A DNA stretch of 64,000 nt from Diplonema japonicum (taxonomy: Eukaryota; Protista; Euglenozoa: Diplonemea): assembly GCA_964019335.1 (NCBI GenBank), contig OZ025659.1, positions 1 to 64,000 on the forward strand, given 5' to 3'. Positions 20,518 through 31,460 of this stretch are shown here, one piece after another (the stretch's first letter is position 1; each line of letters begins with the position of its first letter). The position numbers and the translations under genes are program-made. The notes beneath the pieces were generated by a model that searched no databases, had not been told where the DNA came from, and saw only the letters and a program-made list of their open reading frames with translations.

Positions 20518-23500
20518 CTAAAGGCCGTCTTCGCCTTTTATATCTATTTGTATGTGCTCCCCTGGGGTCGCTTCTTGTTCGTTCACGTCTGTTCCCTTTT
20601 GTTTGTCTTTGTTTTTCTTTTCTTTTTTGCTACTCGACTTCTTCTTCTCACGATCGTTGGCATCCACCTTGTGTGACGACTGCTTCTCTTTTTTATCCCT
20701 TTTCTCTTTTTTGTCCTTCTTTGCTTGTTTTACTTGTTTTTCGTGTTCTTCTTCCTCAGGATCGTTGTTGTTTTCGCGGGTCTTTTTCGTCTTCGCTTTC
20801 TTCTCCTTCTTCTTCGAGCTTGCCTTTTTAGACGATCGTGCTGAAGACAGTTTCGAGCTGCTTGCCCCAACACCGATCTCGCCTGCAACGAGCTTTTGCA
20901 TAACATCGTCGACGGCTTGTGAGTCCTTTCTATTGAAGCTGAACGTGTTCCTCTGCAGCATTCCAAGCCTGTTGACTGCCTGCAGGGCGATAAGCTTGTA
21001 GCGCGTCTTCAGTTTCTCCAGGATGCGTTTCTTCCTGGCCCTCCACACGATGACAATGCGGCGTGCCCCGAGCAGCTGTGACAGGTCGAATGACCTGTCG
21101 CCCACTACGTAGTTCTGAACGCCATGCACGTCTTCTTTCGTGAGGCCCACGACACGCATCGCCAGGGCCTTCAAAACATCTGAGTACTCCACCTGATGCT
21201 GCCCGTTGTACTTCCGTGGTTTGTACAGTGGGATTACTACTGGTAGACCTTTTATATTGCGGAGCAAGTTTAACCACTTCGCTGACGCGGGGGTTCGAAG
21301 AAAACCCCTTACGGGTCTTTTCCACATCGGTGCCGGCAGTTTATCCACGATGCTGATGAAATCATCGATGTCGATCCTGCTGGTTGTGTCTCCGGCCAGC
21401 TTGCACTTCGCCAGCCACTCGTCGCGTAAGGTTTTGAACCCATGGTGAAGCTTCCCACGTTGTGAGTCGTTCTTCTGTTCCTGACTGTCCATTCGGTCGT
21501 TCTCGAAATTGTGCAGCACGACAAATATGAACAAGTTCATCGATACAAAGCTCCCCGCGATCATGTAGCTCACAAAATACACATAACTGCCCCACTCCCT
21601 CCCGCAGTTGTCTGGGATGGTACGGTCGCAGTCCGGGGGGGACAGCATGGTACCCTCCATAATGTTCGTCCACGTCTCAGTCGTTCCAATCTGGTACAAC
21701 ACAAGCACGGCGGCTGGAAGGGTTTTGAAATTGTTGTGCCGCCCCATCTTATCATTCTCCGCGAGACCCTTGAACATCTCAACGCCGACGACGCCCCAGT
21801 TGAAGAAGACGTAGCACATCAACAGCACGATGTTCCCCAAGGAAGGCAGCGATCGAAGCAGGGTGTGGAAAAGTAGCTCCAGCCTGCGTGCTCTTTTAAG
21901 CAACCTGAAAGCCCGGAACACCCGCATCACCCTAAAGGCGCTAGTATTGATCGATTGAAAGGACGCCCCGATCACAGACATGACGACACACACGAAATCA
22001 AACCGGTTCCACGCGTCGCGGAAATAGCCGCCCAGCCCCAACGCCATGAGCTTGATGCATGCCTCCACCGCGAATATGACTACAAATAGATAGTTCGACA
22101 CCGTGAGCATTGTAGTCCAGTCGTCGCCCTGACGGTAACGCTCCGTCCCCAGCACTGCGCAGTTCAGCAGGATCATCGTAAGGATGAACGGGTCGAAGTA
22201 CTCATGGAAGATAATCTCGTAGCACTTTGCACGAATAAGAGGCTTTGCCTTGACAGGCACCCATTCCACACTGTACAGAGACAGCAGACGTGTATAAGCA
22301 GCGTGCTTGGCCTGCGCACGTGTGAGCAACGTCTCCATATCGCTGTTGAACCTGTTAATGAGAGAGCCCACGAACAGGTTGAGGCAGAAGAAGTTTCCCA
22401 CCACTACAAAGACGATGAAGAAGATGCTGCGTTCCGGATGTGAGTTCACTCCCTTGCCCCCGTCGACGGCGCGCCACATAATGGGCGCCCAGTTCTCAAC
22501 AACAGCAAGTTCGAAGAGAGAGAGGAAGGCCATCCCGATGTTGTCGAAGTGCACACGGAAGTTCTCCCACTTCCTCTCAGCAGGCACTGCCAATGAGTTC
22601 GCGAATAGTGTTGAGGCAGACACCATGTAGGTGCCCACGCACTCGGCTTCCGTGAACACCGTCGGGTCGTTGCAACTATAGTACTCGCCTTTGAAGAGCT
22701 GCACACCTAAGATACTGAAGACGATCCAAACGAACAGGCACGCGATGCACACGAATACAATCTGCGGTGCCGCGCGAAGCAGCGCCTTTATAACCACGTT
22801 CAACGTCTCCATCCTAATAAGAATCCTGAGCGTCCTAGCACACCGCAGCTTATTCGCGTACGGCAGCCCCATGATGTCCCCCAGCTGCGACAATGCAACA
22901 ATGGCATCAACACGATTCCACGCTTCTGCAAGGTACCCCCTGCTGCGGGTCCCATCCTCCAGTGCCTCTACACCAGTCCCGATCAACCCCATGACGATTA
23001 TTTTGCAAAACATTTCAAGCAGATAAACTATGATAAAGATATAGTTCGCGACGTCAAGTAGCCGCCGCCCTCCAGGCCTGTCCTCAGCGTAGTAATCGTC
23101 CAGCGCCAAGAAGACTGCATTCACCAGAATGACAAGGATGATAATGTCTTCGAAGTACGGGTGCAGTACCTTGCGAGCCAGGATCATCCTCACGGGGTTG
23201 TCCCTTGTAAAAAGACCAAGCGACCGCGGGGCACGGTGCTTCAGCAGCTGCTCTGTGTCGCTCGGCTCTATCGTTTCGTCCTCTTCGTCAAGTTCGCTTG
23301 ATGCCGTTGAGGAGAAAAGTGAGTTCCTGCTGCTTGTTCTCGGAGGGCCGAACGTGGTGAGTAGTGGGTTGACCTGAATGCCTGCTCTCCGCATCTCATC
23401 TTTGACCATTGTCTTAAACAGCGGAGGTCCCTTTGAAGGGCACAAGCTGCCGGAGTCTGAAAGGTGCTCCAGAAAAACCCTTTTCTTCTGCCCTCCCGCT

Positions 23501-26487
23501 TTGAACATAGATGCTAGGTATTCCAAGCAGCGCGTTGTCGCTGCGTAAGTGAACAGCCTAAGGGCCCCCGCCTCCGGCATTGCTAGCGCTGTCTCAAGAC
23601 TGCTCTGCATCAACATTTTCAGCTGCCCTGGAGGCGGGCTGTACGGGGAGAAGGAACTAAAGGGCACTGAACGGCTGGTGTAGACCTGCCTCTGCTCCCT
23701 TGTGGGCACTACGGACATGGCGTCCAGCTGTTCCTGTTCCTCAATGGTAAGAGCTTCATAGCTGTTGACGCTTATAGGGCAAACCCATAACTTTTCGCCC
23801 GTGCCAGGCCGCCACCAGTAAGGCCTACCATATTTTTTCGAGATGGAGACCCTCCACCCTCGGCACCAGAATTCTTTGAAGGCGTGCATCTCGGTCTCCT
23901 CTTGTCCTACCTGGCTGTCTGTCTCGTCACTGCCGGAGCTTTTAGTTTCGAGGATCTCATCGCTTCCCATGAAACGTACAGTCGGCTCGGACATGCCCCG
24001 GGGCAGCACACCAGACTGTTTTTTGGTGACGATAGCTTGCTCGTCCCAATTTGCTTCTCGTCTTTTTAAGTCATTGGTGGATGGCTGGACAGACAGTGCC
24101 ATGCTCATCTTGCGGGGCTGTACTTCAAGCTCTGACTGTTTGTCTTCGTTGGCGTCTGTCGCAACTTTGAAGTGGTCGATCAGGATCGCGATGAACAGGT
24201 TCGTAAGCATCAGATGGCCGATTGAGAAGAGCGTCACGAAGTAGAGGAACGCTGCACCAGTCGTGCCGTCCATCGCTTTCTTCATTAATGCTGCCCAACT
24301 GTCACCTGTGATCACCAAGAAGACAGAGATAGATGCCTCCCACAAGGAGCGGAAGTTTTCACGTTCGTCAGGCCCGTATGTCGTCTGGAAGAGGTTCAAC
24401 CCCAGCATAGCGTAGATAAAGATCAGCAGAAGCATGAGAAGCAACAACCAGAACACCGCTTTGAGGGACTTAACAATACCGCTCACCGTGTCTTGCAAGG
24501 GTTTTATGCGTACCATGAGACGGAAGCCCCTGAAGGCTCGGAACGCGGAGAAGGAAGATAGGTTGTTGGCCAAATTGAATATCTCCGGGATGGACATCAG
24601 AACCAACGCGCAGTCCATGATGTTGTAACCGTCGCGGAAATACTTTCGGAGGCCGAGACCAATCATTTTGAAGAGCATTTCGAACAGGAAGCACCAAGAA
24701 GCGATGAGGTTGGTGTTGTCAATAGCAGCAAGGAGTGACTTGGACGCACCGAGATGGTCGCAGGCCATCATGACGACATTGACAACGGTGATGGACAGCA
24801 TGAGGTAGTTGAAGTACTTGTTTTGTGCCAGGCGTCTGAAGGGCTTTCTGAAGACCCACAGCTTCCGTTTCTTTTGTTTCGTCGTGACGGTTGTCGCCAC
24901 GGATGAGAAGTCGCCACTTGCATGCACGTTGGTGTTGTCTTCGTTTTCTTCTTCTTCCTCTTCTTCCTCCTCCTCTTCCTCCAGGGAGCTCTCACTCTCT
25001 GCGTCGTTCCGCTTGGGAAGCAATGCGTAATTAGTGCTAACAGCCCCAACGGTTTGTATCAAAACGAGCCCAGCAAAGGACCCGCATGTCATTTCCAGCG
25101 GTATGTACCGAGAGTTCTCTTTCTCGTCCCTCCTCTCGTCTCTTCGCTCCTCTTGTTCAACCCGTCGCTTCTCCTCGAAATAATTGTCTTGTTTCGGGCC
25201 GAACGCCCTTATCAACAACTTCTTCGTGGCGCGCCTGCTTTGCGGTGTGTTGGCAGCGAAGCTAGCTGCCTTGCCTGCTTTCTTATTCTCCTCTTCGATG
25301 TACCGACGCCACTCTTCAACCCTCTTTGTGATGGATTCCTTTTCCGCATGGGAAAGAATCGTTTTGATGCTTTTTTGTGGGGAGATGGTCTCCACGACAG
25401 CAGACAGCTTCGCCTTCTGCGTCTCGGTGTAGACGACGGTTAAGATGGCAAGAACGAGGTTGAGGCAGAAGTACCCGCCTGTCAAGGTGAGGAGCACAAA
25501 GTAGATCCACGCGTAGGAGTTGTCAGCGTCTTGAATTGCATTCATGTTGTCCGGCCAATCGTCGAGAGTGACTACCTTGAAGACGGTCAGCATGGCGTTG
25601 CCGATGTAGTCGAAGTTGAAAACGGTTTCATAAGCACGGTCAGTGTGCACCTCACACGTCACGTTCAGCCCAGGGATGGCAGCACACTTCCGAGAACCGC
25701 ATATCCCGCTGTCGTTGGCGACTAGCTTTGGGAACCCAACCTGCGCGTAGCACCGTTGGTGCAGGACGCCCTTCCACATCTGCACGCCAAGCACCGCAAA
25801 AACGTACAAAACAAGCAACAGAAGCCCCAAGACATCAACCATCATAGGGAGGGCTTGAACCAGGGTGTTGACGAGAACCCGCATTCCGCGTATCCTCCGG
25901 ATGGCCCTGAGAGGCCGCATCAACCGCACTAACCTGATCACATCAAGATTGTTCCCAGATGAGAACAACGAACTGATCCCCACCAGAACAATGAGGAAGT
26001 CCCCAACGTTCCAAGCATCGCGGAGGTACGCGCCTTTATGGAGGGTGAACCCCATGGCGCAGATTTTCAACAACGCCTCCAAAGCGAAGAGGGAGAGGAA
26101 GACCCAGTCAGCGACACCGGTTATGTCGTGCGTCCAGCTGTAGTCCTTCAGCGAGGGGATCTCAAGGATCTCGATGACAACATTGAGGAGGATGAGGAAC
26201 AACACGATCTTGTCGAAGGTCGGGTGGTCCACCACCTTGATCAACATTACTCTAAATCTTCCTGTTGCGGGGATGACGTATATTGGGCTCTCATGCAGGT
26301 TGTAGGAGCCCCTCAGCTCCAACGTGTGGCAACTTCTATGTGCAAAGCAAAGTGTTAAGTCCTGCAGGCCGTACGTCCTGTTGAACCAACACTTTCCCAA
26401 ACCAACAGGTGCCATTGACTTCCTGCTCTTCCCTCCTGGGGATGAGAACGCCCCGGGGCTCCCTGCTTTTTCTCTTGGTTCACCCAT
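20518..26487 (-). CDS. Four-domain voltage-gated Ca2+/cation channel alpha subunit (likely start MGEPREK at 26487; ORF open to 26550)
   Basis: Four 6-TM repeats with Arg-rich S4 segments; pore loops TLDDW, TGDSW, VVENW, TTETW; IQ-like ARRIVIVWRARKKR; WW domain in the II-III linker. Confidence 0.93.
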   Translation of the reverse strand: MGEPREKAGSPGAFSSPGGKSRKSMAPVGLGKCWFNRTYGLQDLTLCFAHRSCHTLELRGSYNLHESPIYVIPATGRFRVMLIKVVDHPTFDKIVLFLILLNVVIEILEIPSLKDYSWTHDITGVADWVFLSLFALEALLKICAMGFTLHKGAYLRDAWNVGDFLIVLVGISSLFSSGNNLDVIRLVRLMRPLRAIRRIRGMRVLVNTLVQALPMMVDVLGLLLLVLYVFAVLGVQMWKGVLHQRCYAQVGFPKLVANDSGICGSRKCAAIPGLNVTCEVHTDRAYETVFNFDYIGNAMLTVFKVVTLDDWPDNMNAIQDADNSYAWIYFVLLTLTGGYFCLNLVLAILTVVYTETQKAKLSAVVETISPQKSIKTILSHAEKESITKRVEEWRRYIEEENKKAGKAASFAANTPQSRRATKKLLIRAFGPKQDNYFEEKRRVEQEERRDERRDEKENSRYIPLEMTCGSFAGLVLIQTVGAVSTNYALLPKRNDAESESSLEEEEEEEEEEEENEDNTNVHASGDFSSVATTVTTKQKKRKLWVFRKPFRRLAQNKYFNYLMLSITVVNVVMMACDHLGASKSLLAAIDNTNLIASWCFLFEMLFKMIGLGLRKYFRDGYNIMDCALVLMSIPEIFNLANNLSSFSAFRAFRGFRLMVRIKPLQDTVSGIVKSLKAVFWLLLLMLLLIFIYAMLGLNLFQTTYGPDERENFRSLWEASISVFLVITGDSWAALMKKAMDGTTGAAFLYFVTLFSIGHLMLTNLFIAILIDHFKVATDANEDKQSELEVQPRKMSMALSVQPSTNDLKRREANWDEQAIVTKKQSGVLPRGMSEPTVRFMGSDEILETKSSGSDETDSQVGQEETEMHAFKEFWCRGWRVSISKKYGRPYWWRPGTGEKLWVCPISVNSYEALTIEEQEQLDAMSVVPTREQRQVYTSRSVPFSSFSPYSPPPGQLKMLMQSSLETALAMPEAGALRLFTYAATTRCLEYLASMFKAGGQKKRVFLEHLSDSGSLCPSKGPPLFKTMVKDEMRRAGIQVNPLLTTFGPPRTSSRNSLFSSTASSELDEEDETIEPSDTEQLLKHRAPRSLGLFTRDNPVRMILARKVLHPYFEDIIILVILVNAVFLALDDYYAEDRPGGRRLLDVANYIFIIVYLLEMFCKIIVMGLIGTGVEALEDGTRSRGYLAEAWNRVDAIVALSQLGDIMGLPYANKLRCARTLRILIRMETLNVVIKALLRAAPQIVFVCIACLFVWIVFSILGVQLFKGEYYSCNDPTVFTEAECVGTYMVSASTLFANSLAVPAERKWENFRVHFDNIGMAFLSLFELAVVENWAPIMWRAVDGGKGVNSHPERSIFFIVFVVVGNFFCLNLFVGSLINRFNSDMETLLTRAQAKHAAYTRLLSLYSVEWVPVKAKPLIRAKCYEIIFHEYFDPFILTMILLNCAVLGTERYRQGDDWTTMLTVSNYLFVVIFAVEACIKLMALGLGGYFRDAWNRFDFVCVVMSVIGASFQSINTSAFRVMRVFRAFRLLKRARRLELLFHTLLRSLPSLGNIVLLMCYVFFNWGVVGVEMFKGLAENDKMGRHNNFKTLPAAVLVLYQIGTTETWTNIMEGTMLSPPDCDRTIPDNCGREWGSYVYFVSYMIAGSFVSMNLFIFVVLHNFENDRMDSQEQKNDSQRGKLHHGFKTLRDEWLAKCKLAGDTTSRIDIDDFISIVDKLPAPMWKRPVRGFLRTPASAKWLNLLRNIKGLPVVIPLYKPRKYNGQHQVEYSDVLKALAMRVVGLTKEDVHGVQNYVVGDRSFDLSQLLGARRIVIVWRARKKRILEKLKTRYKLIALQAVNRLGMLQRNTFSFNRKDSQAVDDVMQKLVAGEIGVGASSSKLSSARSSKKASSKKKEKKAKTKKTRENNNDPEEEEHEKQVKQAKKDKKEKRDKKEKQSSHKVDANDREKKKSSSKKEKKNKDKQKGTDVNEQEATPGEHIQIDIKGEDGL

Positions 26488-26725
26488 TTTATGGCATTTT
26501 TTTATTTTTATTTTTCTTGCGGTCGGGGGTGATTGACGATGACATGGCATTTGTTACAAATAAGACTCTTTTTTTTTTTTCTCGCCAGGATGGGTATAAA
26601 AGAAAACAGAGGAGGGGGAGTGTTTGCATGGGTGGGGAAAGAAAAAAATAACTGTGAGAAAGGGATGAATGAAAAAATAAAAAGAAAAATAAAAGGGGCC
26701 TCCTTAGGGTTGTTATTGTGATGGC

Positions 26726-26728
<3 letters not shown>

Positions 26729-26760
<32 letters not shown>
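26729..26760. repeat. (TG)n microsatellite
   Basis: Read directly. Confidence 0.9.
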
Positions 26761-26763
<3 letters not shown>

Positions 26764-27127
26764 GTGGTTGGGCATGAGGTCAAAGGTGAAAAGCAACAGA
26801 GAAGGGGGGAATAGGAGGGCTGCAAGGGGCCAATGTGATTGCTTCCTGCCGTTGTCCTTTTCATCCTTTTGGCACCTCAATTACACTAGACTTAGCTGGT
26901 CCTTAGGCAGAAGGGTATATAAAGCAAGAAGGAAATAAAGATATGCGTGTGGGAGGGGGCGGGGGAAATTATGATAAAAAAAAAAGGAAGAAGAAGAAAA
27001 GGCTCACAAAACAAAGAAATACAAAAAAAAAAAAAAAAAAAAAAAAAAGCGTTTCCTATTTTTTTTTCTCACTTTTTTTTTTCCCTCAAAAGAGAAAAAA
27101 AAAGACAAAAAAAGGTAAAGGGGAAAT

Positions 27128-27162
<35 letters not shown>

Positions 27163-27353
27163 TTCCCCCCGTCCCTTCTTCTTTTTTTTTCTTATAAACG
27201 TATCTAGAGGGAATATCGGAACCGCAACTGTTTTAAAAGAAAAACAAAAGAGGTAACCCCTTTTGTTCTCTTTTTTTTCTTTCCTTTTCACTTTTTCTTT
27301 TTTAATCTTTGCAAAGTACAAAAAAACGGGGGGGGTAGGGTAAATATTAATAG

Positions 27354-27430
27354 GAGTACTGGTCGTTGTTTGTATACATAGTGGGTAGAAAACCTGGAGA
27401 AGTCTCTTACCCGTGGCCAATGTTTCTCCT
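27354..27430 (-). repeat. Hairpin family 1, copy B
   Basis: Minus strand ...CATTGGCCACGGG...ACTTCTCCAGGTTTTCTACCC...TACAAACAACGACCAGTACTC. Confidence 0.7.
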
Positions 27431-27985
27431 TTAAAAAAAATGCCACAGCTGTCATTTTTATTTTCTGCTCATTTTTACTCATTTTTCTTTTTTTTTTTTT
27501 TTTTTTGACCAAACCTCTTCTTCTTTTCTACCGCCTTTCACGTCGTAGCTGGTCATTTTTTTTTTAATCCATCCTCAAAAATGCCTTAGCCTCTCTCTCT
27601 TTTTTCTTCTTCTTTTTTTTTTTTTCTTCTTCCTTTTTTTTTTTTTTTTTTTTTTCGTCCAAATCCAAAGAGCATAAAAAAAGGGAATGAGGAGGAAATA
27701 CGCGCCTTTATCATGGATAGGTAAATATAAAGGGCACATCGCCTGCTCTTTTTTTCCCGTTATGTTATATCTCGGGGATTTCTCAAATAAGAAAATTTTA
27801 TATAAAAAAAAACTAAGCTAGTATTTCGAAAAAAAAATAAAATATAAGATTACTTAGAGAGAGAGGTAAAAAAAAGAAAAGGAGAGGTAAAAAAAAAACG
27901 TGAAAAATGGGCAGAATGAGAAGAAAAAAAATGTGGCAGATTCTTCCCTTTTGACCCCCATTTTTTGTACTTTGAAATTTATTGC

Positions 27986-29443
27986 TCACATGAAGTCATC
28001 GTCGTTGAAGTCGTCACCGCCATCGCAGTGCTCATCGTCAGATGGTGCACCCTTCTCGAGCTCATTGAGCTCAACGAAATTAACAGCGTAACGCAAAAGC
28101 CCACCAACACCACAGAATCCACGGCAGAATTGAGCGCCCTCCTGGGACTTGTTGGTAACGAACTCAAGCGTGCACCCGAACTTCTTGTAGTTAGTGGCCG
28201 CGTACTCCACGAAGTCCATGGCCTCCACTTCAAGCTGCACACCATCAGTATCCTTGAAGATGCCCGCCTTTATCGCTTCCTCCTCCTTCATGAAATAGAC
28301 CTGCTCGCTCTCGAGGTTTCCTCCTGTCAGCGCGTACCTCTTGTAGGGGAATTCCTCCCAAAGGATCAGCGTCTTCATGGCGCCCATCTCAAGCCCCCTG
28401 ATAGTGTCGTCCATCCCAAAGCAGTACATGTTGGTGTCCTTTGCGATCTGGTCGAAGAACTCGTCGATGAGCCTCTTCTCCTTCAGGAACTTCACGTTGC
28501 CCAGCACGTCTTGCGACAGCTCGATGGCCTGGTTGAACCCGTTCTCGCCACCGTAGGCCACATCCACAAGCTTCATGACCACAGGGAGCAGCCTCTGATC
28601 GAACAGGTCAGAGCCGTTCAGGTCGTTCTTGAACTCAGCAGAACCCGCCAGGATAAGCCCCGCCACGTTGGGCCTGTCGTTTGTGATGAAGTAGTTTGTC
28701 GTCAGTTCCGCTACCTATGGGGGTGGGGTTACAAGGTTTTTCGGAGGAAACAAAAAGAAAAAAGACACGTACCTTCCTCACGTAGTTCCTCCTCTTCTCC
28801 AGACGAAGACGTGCGAAACGCAGAGCAGACTGACCACCTCTTCCGTGCTTCTTCGGCAGCTCCACGCTGAACCTGTGCAGGATGTCCTTGGTGTTCCCAG
28901 CAAGGGTCCCGAACAGCGACCCGTTACCGTCCATCACAATGAAACCGTACTATTTTGTTTTCTTCTTTTTTTTAAATTTGAAAAAAGGCACACCTTGTCA
29001 TCGCTCTCAAGCATACGGTACAGCTCGTCGACGTGGAACTTGTTGTCGCAGACGTACTTGGCTTGGCTGACGGGCTTGAAGGGCTCGAGGTCGACAGTCA
29101 CCTTCCTCTCCTTGTTGTCTTCTGTCATCACGTTTCCGCAGTACACGATGAGACCGTTGGGGGGCGTCCTGCTGTAGAGCTTCAGCTTGGCGAGGGAGGA
29201 GGTGATGGCGGACTGGACGGCAAGCTTTGTGGTGTGCGACTTGATCGACGCAGCTGTCCCGTACTCTTCGTTCAGGAGCTTCGTGGCCTTCGCGATCTGG
29301 TCCTTCGGGGGGATCATCAGGGTGATGAGACCTGCCGACGCAACACCCTTCGCCCTCTCGAGGTTCTGGATCATCTTCTTCATTCTCCATTTCTCAACGT
29401 TCCTGTCCACCTCCTCCTGGTCCGGCTGGTTTTTCGATGACAT
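27986..29443 (-). CDS. eRF1: Eukaryotic peptide chain release factor 1; introns 28950-28993 and 28715-28772
   Basis: Splicing joins ESDDK|[10 protein letters not shown] and NYVRK|VAE. Motifs [44 protein letters not shown]. Confidence 0.96.
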
Positions 29444-29594
29444 TTTTTTTTTCTTCCCCTCTTTTCTACCTTTTGTTTCCGCTTTTTTTTTCGTCCTGAT
29501 ACGATACGGGAATTAAAAAAAAAAAACTATTGGGGGGAGGGGGGTGGGGGATCTAATAAAAATCGTCAATTTCTACAATAACCTTTCTTTCGTT

Positions 29595-29858
29595 CTAAAT
29601 TGGTTTCTGTAAGGATGCGTCAATCTCGCTCACAGCCTTGATCACCAATGCGCTCTTCAACTGCCTTCCCATCTCCTCGGGGCGCCCTGGCTCTGTCTGG
29701 AAATCCACCCTCGGCTCCTTCTTCTTCATTTTCACTACTGCTCTTGTCAACAGCTCTCCTGCATACTCCAAATCCTTCTCAAGTGTATGGGGGTACCCCA
29801 CCGTCACCAGTGTGCTGTTGATCATAGCTGAGGTGGGTATGGTGTCTGCTTCTTCCAT
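29595..29858 (-). CDS. Small hypothetical protein (possibly the last exon of a gene with exons near 30050-30350)
   Basis: 87-aa ORF with coding-like composition between homopolymer spacers. Confidence 0.45.
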   Translation of the reverse strand: MEEADTIPTSAMINSTLVTVGYPHTLEKDLEYAGELLTRAVVKMKKKEPRVDFQTEPGRPEEMGRQLKSALVIKAVSEIDASLQKPI

Positions 29859-30668
29859 GTTGTCCCGTCCCCTCCACCCCCCTCACTTTGTCAAAGGTTT
29901 AAAGGTTGATATAAAGCTGATGAATTGGTATGGATAAGCTTGTTTTTTTGCCTTTTTTGGGGGGGTGGGACTGGGGTTGAGTGGAGTGGGTGAAAGATGC
30001 ACCTAAGAAACTGGTTTTTTTTTGAACGAGAAAAAAAGGGGGGGGGGCAAGTAACGGACCGGCTCTCTTCTTCTTCAACGGAAGTAGAAAGACGTTTTCT
30101 TTGTTTTCCCCCCTCCTCTTCTCTTTTTTCCCCCCTTAAGTCCCGAATGCTTCAACAGAAGCAGATGGCGGTTGAAGAGATTTCGGAAATCTGCGTTAAT
30201 TGCGCTATTTTGTTTCAATCTGAAAGTTCACAACTTTTACTCACTGCACCACTCGAAGAGCAACGGTTCAGAACTGCAACAAGGGCACAAAAAATCAGGG
30301 AATCCAGAAATCAATTACCTCCCCCTCGGCCGCCTAAGGGTTGACACACTCTTTCTTTTTTTAAATTCAATCTAAAGTAAAATATAAAGTAAAAATAAAA
30401 AACGGGGGGGGGGGAAAGAGAAAGAAGAAAGGCTTTTAGAGGCAACTAATATTCTTTTTTTTTAATTTATAAAGGAAAAAATGGAACACTGCCCCGCAAG
30501 GAGCTAACACAAAGAAATGTACTTGTTTTTTTTTTTTTCTTTTTTTTTCTTTCCTTCTTTTTTTTCTCTTTTGTTGTTCCCTTCAGATTTCTTTCTTTCT
30601 CCTTCTTTTCTGCAACAAAGAAAAAAATGCGTTTTGCGCTCACCGGCCGAAAAACAAAACAAAAAAAA

Positions 30669-30748
30669 GAGGTCTGGTTGCTGTTTGTACGTGCTTAGTA
30701 AGAAACCTGGAGAAGTTTATATCTCGTAAACACGCTGCCAACGCCCCC
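30669..30748 (-). repeat. Hairpin family 1, copy C
   Basis: Minus strand GGGGGCGTTGGCAGCGTGTTTACG...AAACTTCTCCAGGTTTCTTACTAAGCACGTACAAACAGCAACCAGACCTC, then a T-run. Confidence 0.8.
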
Positions 30749-30881
30749 TTGGGGAAAAAAAAACAAAAACAAAAAAAACAGGAAAACACAACGGGCAAGG
30801 GAACAGGAGAAGGGGAAGTAAAGAAGAAAAACAATGCCAGAGACAGAAAGTAAAGAGAAAGGAACAACAACAAATATATAT

Positions 30882-31160
30882 GAGTTAAAGGAGGCCGGTG
30901 TTGGCGGCGCCCTGCACAAGAACTGTCTACTTGATTACAGGGGCGCCGCGGCCGAGTTGTAGCTTCTTCTGCGTTCCGCGTCGTGTCCTTAATGCGTGCG
31001 GTATACAACTCAACCCCAGCCGGTGCGTCCCGGGTAACCAAGATTCTGCGCTCGTGCAGTTTGCTGCCTGTTCGTCACCCTGAGCATCTGCATTATGTTC
31101 TTCCACTCGGGCGCTACCGGTGATGACCGACGAGGAGGTCAACAGCGAACAACACATCTG
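30882..31160 (-). mobile_element. Probable 3' remnant of a retroelement ending in the family 2 hairpin (30882-30958)
   Basis: GC-balanced coding-like remnant; its terminal ~75 nt are repeated at 53551-53623. Confidence 0.5.
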
Positions 31161-31460
31161 ATGTTTTTCTTATATTTTCATGTTATCCCCACCACCTGCA
31201 ACAAAAAAAAAGAGAGACATTTAAAGGTACCTGCGGTATGTGACAGGATGCCTAAAAAAAAAAAAAGAAAAAAAGAAGAAAAAAACAATAATAATGAAAG
31301 AAGAAAAAAAGTGTCACCATCATTTCCTCTGCATCCTCCCGCACCCTGCTTGAAGGGGGAGGATACGATAATAAATAAATAGGCAAGGCAGATAAGGGGA
31401 AAAAAAAGGGGGGGGAAAGTAGTTTCTTTAGTTTAGGTAATGAAATTAAGATAAGAAAAG

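Noticed and set aside
20263-20520. TAG readthrough fusing the Ca channel to the same-frame downstream ORF
   Set aside because: Several more in-frame TAG/TGA lie between them; a separate ATG (20410) plus a 37-nt intron explains the second gene.
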